NCBI RefSeq assembly: GCF_006345805.1
Contig: NC_042997.1
Coordinates: 207,948,001-208,012,000 of the forward strand
Length of the DNA stretch: 64,000 nt
Source: Octopus sinensis
Lineage: Eukaryota
Direction: 5' to 3'
Within the stretch, counting starts at the first letter, position 1. The number at the start of each line of letters is the position of its first letter. Position numbers and translations under genes: made by a program. The notes beneath the pieces were generated by a model. The model saw only the letters and a program-made list of their open reading frames with translations. It did no database searches and was not told where the DNA came from. Of this stretch, positions 37,130-49,364 are shown piece by piece.

Positions 37130-38230
37130 CACGAAGACATCTTTATGCAAAGCATGATGCAGGGTCAGAACGTCGACTCTTTTGGGTATAAAAGGCACCC
37201 AGATTCTCCAGCCTATCATTCATTTCCCAAATGCAGCAAGTGTAACAAGACTGACATGAAATCAGAGGGAGCAAGCCATCAGATGTCTCCATACTGGTCA
37301 ACGTCCATAGGTCATTGCTAATGACTTGAACTGCAGTATTTGGACAATTGAATGGCTGGGGGAATGAGACAGTGCCACAAACAACATGGATAATCATCCA
37401 CATAGTGGCCGACCAAGGGTTACAACAACACGTCATGATTGTCATCTGCAGTGACCACTTGCAGGACTGATTCTGTAGGGCAATGGAATCAGCTAGGCAA
37501 AGCATAGCAACTCACCACAGACCCATTTGTGCTGAGACCTTTCAATTTGACTCACCAAAGTCCAGCTAGGAGCCACATCCTCACAGATCATTATTGATGG
37601 GTACATCTGCAGTGAGCTGAAAAACGTCAGAGCTGGCAACATGAGTAGTGGAGGAGTGTAGTCTTGTCTGACAGAAGTCGATATTGCATTTCTCTGGAAG
37701 ACAGCAGAGCTGGCATTTGGAGGAGAAGGGGGGAATGTCATGCCAATGGCTGTATGGTGGAGAGATACTCATGGGGAAGACAGAGCATCATGGCAAGGGG
37801 CCAGATTGCACTCAACCAGAAACCTGAACTGGTGGCCTTCTGAAACATTGGTGAAGGCTGAGGAAATGGAGTAACTGCTGCCTGCTATATTGACCAAATT
37901 TGGAGGCCTCACATTGTGCCATACTTTGCCTTTAATTGGAATTACGTGTTCTGACATAAGAATGCCCGTGACCATACTGCCAGGTTGACAACAGGCTTCC
38001 TCCAACAACATCAACATCCAGACACTGGCTTCAGTCCAGACTCAAACCCTATAGAGCAGCTGTGGGAGGAAACCCCTAAGAAGGCTAAATGACACCCGTC
38101 CAAGACCGAAAACTCAGAGACAACTCACTGCAAGTTTTAACAGAGTGTCAGCTGCTATCCCCATGGCCTCCATTAACTGCTTGGTGCATTCAATGCACAG
38201 AAGATGCCTGGCAGTAATCAACGCTAATAG
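37130..38230 (+). mobile_element. Decayed Tc1/mariner transposase remnant in a PARP intron
   Basis: Fragments NQREQAIRCLHTG (HTH), HSGRPRVTT, WRRRGE..VER, and SPDSNPIEQLW-like. TIRs not identified. Confidence 0.75.
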
Positions 38231-39112
38231 TGGTCACACGAGATTTTGAGCTTATCTCTCTGAATCCAGGACATTTTGTCATCACATGACACCATGTGAC
38301 ATTAAACAGGTTTCAGGAAATGATGTTTTATCATTGGGAAAGCCTGTCTCTTGCCAATATTTGCCACTGAATTTGTTTGGGTGGCATTTTGTGGAACACC
38401 ACCCGTCTACTCACCCCATATCCATATTCACCAAACACATCAAAATCTAATTCCAAAAGATGATAAAAGAGTTAGTGAGAGAGGATCGTTTGAGATATCT
38501 AAATGGAGTTACCTCTGTGATGGTACCACTGCTGGTTTATCAGATTTCTGTACAGTTATTAAATGTCCCTTAACCAATTTCTAGGCCGTAGCAGACATTG
38601 AATATTTCAATGAGAGTTAACAACACTGTATTGATTATCTCAGTATATCTATAATTGACAAACTCAGAATGGTGATTGCTAGGCCTGGTGTTCGCTTGTT
38701 GATATTTCTGTCCAGTCCTGCAGACTCTCCACTATACCTACTCCTTCTTTCCCATAACATTACCCCTCTGGAATTCCACCCCTTCTCTTATCTTTCCTGC
38801 CCTATTTTCATTTACAAAAGTCCAAGAGGAACATTGATGGATGGGGACAGACCCTTCCTCCCAATCCAAATAAAAGTGTTGGTTCCACAATAATAAGATA
38901 CACCTGGTTTACTCTAGAGCAGAAGATGTTAGGAAGGGGACCTGGCAGTAGAAACGATGCCAAACATGGAATGTGTGAGCAACATGACATCCTCTGTCCT
39001 CTCTGAGTGAGAAAGGATTCTAAACAGCAATCAATGTGGACAGTGACAGTCTGTCCAGCTCAGGACAATAGGAAGGGTGGGTAGATGATGATGTTGATTA
39101 TAATATACTTAC

Positions 39113-39290
39113 CATTTTTACCACAATAGCTACGGTTGAATCCTGATTTATTTATTCCACGAACAGCTCCTTCAGCAGTACCATGCCAAAGGCCATCAAC
39201 TTCATTTGTAATGTTTGGATTTTCTGCCTCAAATTGTTTTTTCAATGCTTTGTATCTCTGGTATAATGTTTTATTTTGAATTCTCTCAAT
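39113..39290 (-). CDS. PARP catalytic-domain exon (paralog C) containing HGT
   Basis: ctacag| acceptor and |gtaagt donor; 178 bp, phase 0 to phase 1; IERIQNKTLYQRY...LWHGTAEGAVRGINKSGFNRSYCGKN. Confidence 0.93.
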
Positions 39291-39676
39291 CTGTAGAAAA
39301 GGAAATACATTTATGAAAAAACAATCAATTCTCTTCTTTGACAAGGAAATAACGTTTGTGGTGAAAAACCCCAACCCTATCTGCTTTTTTTTCTTTTTTA
39401 TTTGATACCAATTTTGATTCGGCTGTAAATTTTGGTAAGGCATAATAGTTTAGCTGCAAAATGGTGTTGCATTTACAATTCAATGCAAGAAGTTAAAGCA
39501 GAGGTATTTTTGTTGAGCAAAGATTTCTTGTGAATATCCAAAAACACATAGAACCATCCCAAAATAGGTTCATACAATGAGATTTAAATCTTTCATACAA
39601 ACAAAATGTCTCTTAACATTTTGTTTTAACAATTAACCATCAAATATTGTTTATAAACAGAAATAAAAATACAAAC

Positions 39677-39810
39677 TTTGATTATATGATAAGAAGGCAA
39701 ATTCCGATGGAAAGTGGTCTGGATGTCATCATATTCTGGTCCTTTTGTGACTGGAACAATTTTAATTAATTCCTCGTCTTCCATTGGTGACCATGTATCA
39801 GGGACCGATT
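39677..39810 (-). CDS. PARP exon at the start of the catalytic domain (paralog C); absent from the supplied ORF track
   Basis: ctctag| acceptor and |gtttgt donor; 134 bp; (E)SVPDTWSPMEDEELIKIVPVTKGPEYDDIQTTFHRNLPSYHIIK splices in frame to IERIQN. Confidence 0.85.
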
Positions 39811-40189
39811 CTAGAGTTCAAACAGAAATCAAATACTTCAGAACAAATATAAGAATATGAACCTTTTTTCTGTTGTATGTTTATAAAAAACAGGAATATT
39901 TTGACAAAATGTTGGGTTTAGACAAGAAATACTGAATTACTAATGATTACTATAGTTTAGTAGTAGTAGTCATGGTGGTAGCGGCGGTGGTGGTGGTGGT
40001 GGTAGTAGTAGTAGTAGTGCAGGTGGGGTTAGGTTGTGGGTGTGGTGAAGAACTCCAACCAAAGCAGAAATTAGAGCACAATACAGTCCTTGCACCGACA
40101 TCAAACATCCAACCCATTGCTGGCATGAAAACAGACGTTAAAAGATTATGATGATGATGATGATGATGACATCATCGTTAGCCCCTACA

Positions 40190-40350
40190 CACATTTTTTT
40201 CTCTCCTTGTTTCTTTCTGTGTCCCTTTCTGTAGAAGAGCGTAGGCTTGAAACGTAAAAGACTTTTTCAATTCCTGAGCGTGATACTAATACATCTGTTT
40301 GTGTTTACACCACTTGTCTTCGTCTTTTGTTTTTTTCGTAAACTTTCCCT
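40190..40350 (+). mobile_element. Short Penelope-like terminal remnant with a non-canonical hammerhead-like fold (40225-40260)
   Basis: CUUU-CUGUAGA-A-GAGC(GUAG)GCUU-GAAA-CG-UA|AAAG. The PLE assignment is from memory of similar repeats. Confidence 0.4.
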
Positions 40351-40804
40351 AAATATTTGCATATATTTATTTGAAGTGATGTACAGGTTTATGTATTTAG
40401 AAAAAAGAGGTAATCAGAAGTTTGGATAATTGTTATACAGAAAGAAACAAGGAAAGCTTTCATTTCTTTTTTTCCTTTCCTTCTTTCTTCTATCTTTTCA
40501 TTTCTTCTGCCTTTCTCCTTGTCTTTTTCTATTTCTTTCCCTTCCCTTCTTCTTTTCACAACCAAGCCACTAAAATTCACCACACACATCCATAGATTCA
40601 AAATAAAAAGAACCTTCTCTTCCAATTCAACTCCAGATGAGCACCATTATACACCACACAGTTTAGCAATGATCACCTCATTCAAGTTTCCATTTATTTT
40701 GATACGGGGCAAAGCGTATATGTCAGATAATAAACTTTGTTGGTTGTATATTATGACAAAGGGCAAATGTATTGAGAGAAAAGTTGGGCACAAGAGGAAT
40801 CAAA

Positions 40805-41992
40805 TGTAGCATGCAAGAGAGAAGACATGTGATGCATATGAATGAGGATAGCCATATAGAGAAGTGCCAGTCACTGAACGTGGATGGCATCTGTGGAAAA
40901 GAGGAAACCCTGGAAGACATGGGATGAAGTGGTGGAGACTGATCTCAGGTTTTTAGGCCTCATGGAGGAAATGACAATGGATCAAGATGTCTGGGCAATA
41001 TGAGGCTTTTGAGAAGACCTACCCACTTCAGTGAATCTGTGTTCTAGAAGCTCTGTGTGTTCCACATGCAACAATAAATCTTTCCACACATCCTACCCCC
41101 AACAAACAAAAGTACATCCCTTTCTCACATTTCCGCTTCATGCATTAGGCTTATCCCTCACTCCTCAATCCCTTCCTCATGGCCCTACTCACTGACTCAT
41201 TGCTATCCCATGGTACCCCACCCCTTCTATATACCCAGGTTTTCACCAGCCACTGCACTACTCTTGGCCCTTATGCTTCTTTGCCAATACCCTGCCACTT
41301 ATATTATGACCTCCATACCTTGAGGTTCAATCCTGGCACTTACCACCACCTATCACTCTCTCCCTTTACAATCCAATTCATATTCTGATCCCTGCTCCTT
41401 GTGAGTAAGCCCTGGCACTTTGCTATCACCCCTCTCCTACTCTCACTTACCCTCTTGCTCTCTCCCACTCCCTTTTCCTTTTGATCTTCCCTCAGGCTGG
41501 ACAGCCATGTGTCTCCTCTACAGCGGTACACATGTTACTGTCTTCATTCTTGATCACTCTCTCTCTCTCTACCTCCCTGGTAAATCATGAACCTCCCCCT
41601 ACAACAGGATGTGGGTTTCTGCTCCTGTTTCTCCATCACACTCGAACCTAATGCCCCCTCCCCCTCTCAAAGGGTCTTTGTCTTGCAATTTACTTGGTGA
41701 CCCTGACAGTGCAGGTGCCACTTCAAAGTACCCAGTGCACTCTGTAAAGTGGTTGGCATTTGGAAAGGACATCCAGTTGTAAAAAGCTTACAAAAACTGA
41801 CCTGACCTGAGCAAGTGCCACGTAAAAAGCACTCAGTCCAATCTACTGGGTGGGTGTGTTAAGAAGGGCATCCAGTTGTAGAACTGTGCCAAAACAGACA
41901 CAAAAGTCCGCTGCAGGCACCTACCTGGCCAGGTCCTGTCAAACCATGCAACCCATGACAGCATGGAAAGAGGAAGTTAAAAGATGATGATC
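40805..41992 (+). mobile_element. 5'-truncated, decayed RTE LINE (ORF end, 3' UTR, (GAT)n tail)
   Basis: MNEDSHIEKCQSLNVDG..PWKTWDEVVETDL-like fragments; 3' UTR with GTGCCACGTAAAAAGCAC; tail CATGGAAAGAGGAAGTTAAAAGATGATGAT. Confidence 0.75.
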
Positions 41993-42061
41993 ATGACATA
42001 CATGTTCATACAATGTCAAAGCACTTGTGCAGCTGTCATGTGAAAAGCATGTGTGCCAGTA

Positions 42062-43940
42062 CCAGGTATAAAGTACCTCTACTGGTACCATGTATAAAGC
42101 ACCTCTACTGGTACCATGTATATATTTCTTTACTACCCACAAGGGGCTAAACATAGAGGGGACAAACAAGGACAGACAAAGGGATTAAGTCGATTACATC
42201 GACCCCAGTGCGTAACTGGTACTTAATTTATCGACCCCGAAAGGATGAAAGGCAAAGTCGACCTAGGCGGAATTTGAACCCAGAACACTTAACGGCAGAC
42301 GAAATACGGCTACGCATTTCGCCCGATGTGCTAACGTTTCTGCCAGCTCGCCGCCTGGTACCATGTATAAAGCTCCTCTACTGGTACCATGTATAAAGCA
42401 CTTCTATTGGTACCATGTATAAAGCACCTCTATTGGTACCATGTATAAAGCACCTCTATTGGTACCATGTATAAAACACATCTACTGGTACCAAGTATAA
42501 AACACATCTACTGGTACCATGTATAAAGCACCTCTATTGGTACCATGTATAAAGCACATCTACTGGTACCATGTATAAAACACATCTACTGGTACCATGT
42601 ATAAAGCACCTCTATTGGTACCATGTATAAAGCACCTCTATTGGTACCATGTATAAAACACATCTACTGGTACCAAGTATAAAACACATCTACTGGTACC
42701 ATGTATAAAGCACCTCTATTGGTACCATGTATAAAGCACATCTACTGGTACCATGTATAAAACACATCTACTAGTACCATGTATAAAGCACCTCTACTCG
42801 TACCATGTATAAAGCACCAGTGTTAGTACCATGCATAAAGCACCTCTACTGGTACCATGTATAAAGCACCTCTATTGGTACCATGTATAAAGCATCTCTA
42901 CTGGTACCATGAATGAAACACCTCTACTGGTACCATGTATAAAACACCTCTATTGGTATCATGTATAAAACACCTCTACTGGTACCATGTATAAAGCACC
43001 TCTATTGGTACCATGTTTAAAGCACCTCTATTGGTACCATGTATAAAACACCTCTATTGGTACAATGTATGAAACACCTCTACTGGTACCATGTATAAAG
43101 CACCTCTATTGGTACCATGTATAAAACACCTCTATTGGTACCATGTATAAAGCACCTCTATTGGTACCATGTATAAAGCACCTCTACTGGTACTATGTAT
43201 GAAACACCTCTACTGTACCATGTATAAAGAACCAGTGTTAGTACTATGTATAAAGTACCTCTGCTGGTACCATATACAAAGCACATCTAATGGTACCATG
43301 TATAAAGCACCTCTATTGATACCATGTATAAAGCACCTCTACTGATACCATGTGTAAAGCACCTCTACTTGTACTATGTATAAAGCACCTCTACTGGTAC
43401 CATGTATAAGGCACCTCTTCTGGTACCATGTATAAAGCACCTTTACTGATACCATGTATAAGGTACATCTTCTGGTACCATGTATAAAGCACCTCTACTT
43501 GTACCATATATAAAGCACCTCTACTAGTACCATGTATAAGGCACCTCTTCTGGTACCATGTATAATCACCTCTGTATAAAGCACCTCTACTGGTACCATG
43601 TATAAAGCACCTCTATTGGTACCATGTATAAAGCACCTCTACTGGTACCATGTATAAAGCACCTCTACTGGTACCATGTATAAAGCACCTCATTTGGTAC
43701 CATGTATAAAGCACCTCTACTGGTACCATGTATAAAGCACATCTACTGGTACCATGTATAAAGCACCTCTACTGGTACCATGTATAAAACACCTCTATTG
43801 GTACCATGTATAAAGCACCTCTATTGGTACCATGTATAAAACACCTCTATTGGTACCATGTATAAAACACCTCTATTGGTACAATGTATGAAACACCTCT
43901 ACTGGTACCATGTATAAAGCACCTCTATTGGTTCCATGTA
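42062..43940 (+). repeat. 26-bp minisatellite (~60 units) embedded in RTE-type 3'-UTR sequence
   Basis: Unit GGTACCATGTATAAAGCACCTCTA(C/T)T; continues into GGTGCCACATAAAAATCACC...CACTCTGTAAAGTGG...AGGAAGGGCATC. Confidence 0.95.
42123..42355 (-). mobile_element. tRNA-derived SINE with a 14-bp target-site duplication
   Basis: Head GGCGGCGAGCTGGCAGAAAC, B-box GGGTTCAAATTCC, central TTGCCTTTCATCCTTTCGGGGTCGATAAATTAAGTACCAG. TGGTACCATGTATA flanks it at 42109-42122 and 42356-42369. Confidence 0.9.
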
Positions 43941-44199
43941 TAAAGCACCAGTGTTGGTGCCACATAAAAATCACCGAGTGCACTCTGTAAAGTGGTGGGC
44001 ATTAGGAAGGGCATCAAACCATAGAAACCATGCCAAAACAGACAATTGGAGTGTGCTCTTCTCTCTTATACGCTGCATCTAATTCCTATTATGCCTACTT
44101 TCACTGCACATTCAGAGGTGAATGCTAGCCTCATTTCTCTCTAATCTTCACATGTCCTCCACGTTGAGGGCCCATGTCTTGCTACCATGTAAAATTGCT

Positions 44200-44550
44200 G
44201 TTCGATTTGCGTAAGCTCACAAGGAATGAAGCCAGTATGCTCCGATGGATGTATAATGTCAGTGTTCATACTAGACAGAGTGTAAGTACCTTGTGAGAAA
44301 AGTTGGACCTAAGAAACATCAGATGTGGTGTGCAAGAGAGATGATTGCACTGGTATGGTCACGTGGCGAAAATGGATGAGGATAGCTGTGTAAAAATGTG
44401 CCACACCCTAGCGGTTGAGGGAACCTGTGGAAGAGGTAGACCCAAGAAGGCCTGGGATGAAGTGGTGAAGCATGACCTTCGAACTTTAGGCCTAGCCAAG
44501 GAAATGTCTAGCAACCGAGACTTTTGGAAATATGCTGTGCTTGAGAAGAA
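44200..44550 (+). mobile_element. RTE LINE C-terminal fragment
   Basis: EASMLRWM...WYGHVAKMDEDSCVKMCHTLAVEGTCGRGRPKKAWDEVVKHDL. Confidence 0.85.
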
Positions 44551-45149
44551 ACTATTGACTACCTCTAGAGCTTCCAAAGCATTTGGAAAAAACCGATTTA
44601 CACATTATCTGGAAGATTTTATGGCCCCTGTGCCTCTTCCACACATGAACACTACTTTCTCTGATACCCTTCCTATTATTCCATTGTACCCCTTGTGTGT
44701 CCATAGCTGGCACTGGGTACACCATATGGAACTTGTGCTTGCACATTTCTTACACATCGAGCAGGGCCACTTACCTGAAGAGGGTAGGGTACTGTCTGTT
44801 TTCTTGTTTACTAAAACCTTAGTCTATGCTAAGTTAACCTTAAGGCCCTAAAATTTCAGCTTTTGCCTCCTCACCTGGAATTTCTTTTCTAGCTTTGGTA
44901 TAAAATCTGTTTGAGGGCAAATAGTAGTTCTGAGGGGGCTGCCAGTCTTGAATCCCTCTCTTATGACGTGGAAGATAATAATGAAATGTAGGGGACTGAG
45001 CCTTCATTAACACTTAAAATGTACACCATTTTCTTTGCTGTACTCATGGTTAACTGTCACCTTGCTAACAAAGCCCATCTACATGGATGGCCTGTACAGC
45101 TTTCACAAGTCTATCCCTAGCCTCCTCAGATCCCACCTTGCCACACAAC

Positions 45150-45400
45150 AGAGTACTCAAAAGAAAGCTTCCTCTAGATCAACAAATGCAAAGTATAATT
45201 CTTTAGTCTTAGCCAAGTATTTCTTTTGCAAATACCATTGAAATATATGTACAAAGGCAACTGTATAAAGAAGTGTCAATTGCTTAAAATTGTTGGAATC
45301 TGTGGAAGAGGGAGACTCGGGAAAATATGGGATGAATTAGTGAGGGTCAGTCTCAAGACTTTGAGCCTCACAGAGGTAATAACGATGGAATGAGAAGTCA
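45150..45400. mobile_element. Two small RTE scraps (minus-strand RT fragment; plus-strand C-terminal fragment)
   Basis: Minus 45150-45240: LQKKYLAKTKELYFAFVDLEEAF. Plus 45300-45400: CGRGRLGKIWDELVR-like. Confidence 0.6.
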
Positions 45401-45404
45401 GCTG

Positions 45405-47462
45405 ATTTATGTACAAACAATAACAAAAAATAATGGTGTTATATTTATTTAATCAGGAATGCAACGTTTTTCCAAGTCGTTTTATTCTTGAGAATCAATC
45501 AAGTTTCTTCACTTGCTTGATGATTCACTTTCCTTCGAAAATAATCTTTTAAAAAATACAATGCATTCAGTGTTTTACCTGATAAACTTGTCCTAATTTT
45601 TGTGTTGAAACATCCAGTAATTGAAAAAGCTCTTTCTGACTGGACACTTGTTGCTTTAGTTGTAAGCAATGTTCTATAAAGTTTCTCGAGCTTTTCACTT
45701 CTGTTCGAAGTTGCTTCAAAATATTCAAATTCTTTAGAGATTCCAAATCCATCTGTTACCATCTTGGGGGGTCTTCATTCATTTTCTTCATTGTGCTTCT
45801 GTATTCACGCATGAGTTCATTACCTTCGTAAGTAGATGGGACAACAATAACACTTAATTTTAGGTTCCCTCCTATTTCATTTTCTTTGTATAATTCTGTT
45901 GTGTTCTCAGCGTCATGTTCAGGAAATAATCTCCTATATGTTTGTTCAGCATACTTCCTTAAATGTTGTTTCGTTAAAAAAAGAAAAGGTCCAGAAATTG
46001 ACTCACCTTTAAATTTCCTAGGGTTATGTAAATACCTCAAGAGAGTCAAGGTTTCGACATTTCTTCTCTTATTATATCTATGCATAAGTCTTTCACGAAG
46101 ATTTAGAGCCAAAGGATTGCCGACAATATTAAGTTTATTCACTAAAAATTCTAAAGAATATTCCGCTTTCAGTAAACCCGTATCATCAGCGCAAATAGCC
46201 TTCAAAATAATTTCTACTGAATGCAAAATTTCATATAGTAAATTGAGAGATTTCCATTCTTCTTCAGCTACAGTATCTGTGGAAAGTTCTGCTCGTAGAG
46301 CATTTGGAATGCAGCTTTTCAATTTCAAAAATCTCTCAATCATATGGAATGTGCTATTCCACCGAGTTCTGCAATCCAGTATAAGTTTATATTCTCTGTT
46401 ATCAAAGTTCACTCATACAAACTCTTTCATTTTTTGTAGGAGATTTATGGAAAAGTTTTGAAATTTTTCTTACCTTATTTAAAACTTTATTAAATTCAGG
46501 TTTTAGCTGGGGAAAACAAGCATTTTCGTGAGCCAAATCTGTTTGAAAAGTGCGTCTTGTTGGCTTATGTCAGCTTCATCAGCACTATCGTCTGTTATAG
46601 CGATCTCTTCACTTTTTATATCGGTCTCATCAGTTGAGGCAATATTTTCAATATTTTTTTGATAGAGAATGTCAATCACAGACAGATGTATGCAATGTGT
46701 GAGACATTGTTGGTGATCAGGTCTTATTTCTTTTCTGAATTTCACCATCATAGAAGCACCATCCGTTGTACAGCCAACAATGTGTATATCAAAATCCAAT
46801 CCAAATTCATGAAGATGTCCTCTCACAAATTACTCTGTTCTCCTGAGCCATGGATCTCAATGAGACCCAACGACCAATGATTGTCTTTCCCATGAACATT
46901 TATGTTCATATATCGTTTATTTTGAATTGATGTGTATTCATCCATGTCAGTGAGTAGTGCTGCTTCTTTTTAGAAATAATGAATAAGTTCTTCTTTCTTG
47001 ATTATGTAATAATTCATTACCATATTCCTGACTCCGTTTGCAGATGCTGGTTGTAATTTATCATATTTGCCTCTCTGACTATGAAGATTTCTCTGAATAA
47101 AATCGCTTTTGGCGATTGAATTGAAAGAGAATCCATCCATAGCAGCTAACTTTGAAACCTCTTCTTCCATTGATTTCTATGTTAAAAAGTGTTCCATTGT
47201 TGTTGTCATTTTCACAGGAGGCGGGTTTGCATCTTGATTTATGTCGATTTGATGAATTTTCTTCAAGTGCAAGATCAGAGACGTAGTAGAGCCTCCAGAA
47301 GACTTCATGATCTTATCACACTTATTGCATTGAGCTTCATCTTTGTTTTTCCTATCGAAAACATTCCAAACAGTTGATTTTCTTTTTATCATGCTAGGGC
47401 TAATGAAAATAATTAATAAAAATTCTAGTTAGTGTTACTTCCTTGAAATGAATCTGGAACTG

Positions 47463-47494
<32 letters not shown>

Positions 47495-48267
47495 ATTTGG
47501 CTCAAAAGCAAATAGCAAAGCCATGTAGGGGGACATGGAGTTAAGTACAGGGTGGTGTTCATGTAAAGAGTTCAGGCCACTTGAGGTCAAGGGAGGCTTT
47601 GAACAAAGTGGTCGTCGGCATCTTCACCATCTCGTCTGGCAGCTTGTTCCACGGATCCGCAACCCGGACGAAGAAAGCTCCTCTCCTTCGATTGAGATGA
47701 AATCGTCGCAGGTAGAGCTTTTCGGAATGACCCCGCAGCCAATGCTCTGGAGCAGGAGTGAAGAACAGCTCTTTCAAGAAGTTACACTTTCCGCTTATGA
47801 TGTTGTGGGCGAGAATGAGATCACCACGGCGGCGGCGTTTTTCTAGAGAATAAAGGTCGAGCGTCCTCAGTTATTACATATGCTCAACAGGTAAGATCAC
47901 CTGACTGAAGGGTAACATCCCCTTGACTTGCTATGAATAAACCTTGTTACCTCCAAATTCAAAGAGTCAGCCAGGGGTTAGCGAAGGCAATGACAAGGTG
48001 CTGATCTAAGGTTCAAGGGGAGAGAAGGTGAGAATTGATATGTTGCGATATGTTTCAATGAAACAGACAGCACTCTCAGCTAAAGGCGACCGACAACAGT
48101 TCAGTTAGTTCAGTTTCAACGATATTTCTTCAAAACAAAAAATGGAGAAATGTTTTGCGAAAAAAAAAACAGAAACAGCAAGCATTAAAATTGGTTTTGG
48201 CAAATCCGTTTCGGTTTTACTGATCATAATATAAAACCGGTTTTATAAAACCAGTTTCGAGGCCCAG
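45405..48267 (-). mobile_element. hAT DNA transposon with an interrupted transposase and a nested CR1 fragment
   Basis: BED finger STVWNVF..CNKC..TTSLILHLKKIH (from 47392); DEYTS, TTDGAS, CLTH, TRWNST and ATSVQSERAFS motifs; in-frame stops. Subterminal AAACCGGTTTT-type repeats near 48190-48265. The opposite terminus was not found. Confidence 0.88.
47462..47870 (-). mobile_element. 5'-truncated CR1-group LINE of the same family as 3881-7990
   Basis: Near-identical to 7594-7990, including the (AACT)n tail; has TGG (LKWPELFT*) where the long copy has TAG. Confidence 0.92.
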
Positions 48268-48785
48268 TAAATATGAATATGAAGTAAGAGAGAACTGGTA
48301 TGAGCATGTACCAAGAAAGTTATACAGGACGATGGAAAAGTAATGATACTCTGGGACTATGATTTTCAGACGGATCGTGTAATTGAACACCGTCAGCCGG
48401 ATTTTGTCATATTGAGAAAGTGAGACGAATACTATCAGATCATTGATGTAACCATACCAAATGACATGAATGCTGTGAGTAAAGAGGTTGGAAATATCCC
48501 CAAGTACTCTGAATTGAAAGTGGAAATGGCAAGACTGTATGGAATGCAAGAAGGTAATGTAAAAGTGATACCAGTGGTGATCAGAATGCTGGGTTCAATC
48601 CCATTGAAACTTCAAAACTTCTTAAGGCAACTGGAAATCCTTTGCAAGATTGATGTCTTACAAAAAGCAGCCTATCTGGGCACAGCGCACATCTTAAGGA
48701 AAGTATTATCCGTCTGAGGTCCTTGTTGTGACTTGACAGATGACTAAAGACTCCAGTGCATTTTTACCTACACTGTATTACGAAG

Positions 48786-48820
<35 letters not shown>

Positions 48821-48835
48821 TAATAATAATGATAA
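48268..48835 (+). mobile_element. 3' fragment of an R4/Dong-like LINE (restriction-like endonuclease) with (AAT)n tail
   Basis: QTDRVIEHRQPDFVI..IIDV..KYSELK..VIPVVI..LGTAHILRKVLSV*, then (AAT)n. Confidence 0.85.
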
Positions 48836-48836
48836 T

Positions 48837-49064
48837 GATATAATATCAGTTTTACAGTTGCATGGTACCTTACCTTTGTTCTTTCCAAAAGGCCAGAGAT
48901 TTCTCCAAAATCCGTGCGAACCTTCTAAAAAAGAAAAGAAAGATAGAACATAATAATGATGATGATGATGTTGATGATTTCATTTATTTTCCCACAAGGG
49001 CAAAAGTTGAGGGAGACAATACAAAGACAGACATAAAGTGTGGGGGGTTTACATGTAATAATGA

Positions 49065-49135
<71 letters not shown>

Positions 49136-49364
49136 TATAATATCAGTTTTACAGTTGCATGGTACCTTACCTTTGTTCTTTCCAAAAGGCCAGAAACTTC
49201 TCCAAAACCCGTGCGAACCTTATATAAAAGAAAGGAAAGATAGAACATAATAATGATGATGATGATGTTGATGATTTCATTTATTTTCCCACAAGGGCAA
49301 AAGTTGAGGGAGACAATACAAAGACAGACATAAAGTGTGGGGGGTTTACATGTAATAATGAAAT
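48837..49364. repeat. Tandem duplication of a 231-bp segment (period 297) separated by (AAT)n
   Basis: 48837-49067 matches 49134-49364. Confidence 0.92.

Noticed and set aside
36026-42355. tRNA genes at the A/B-box sequences (36026 and 42355)
   Set aside because: They are SINE heads: no complete cloverleaf, followed by SINE body, and one has a TSD.
1676-43940. CRISPR-like appearance of the tandem arrays
   Set aside because: Contiguous tandem units without unique spacers, no cas genes, and a eukaryotic intron-exon context.
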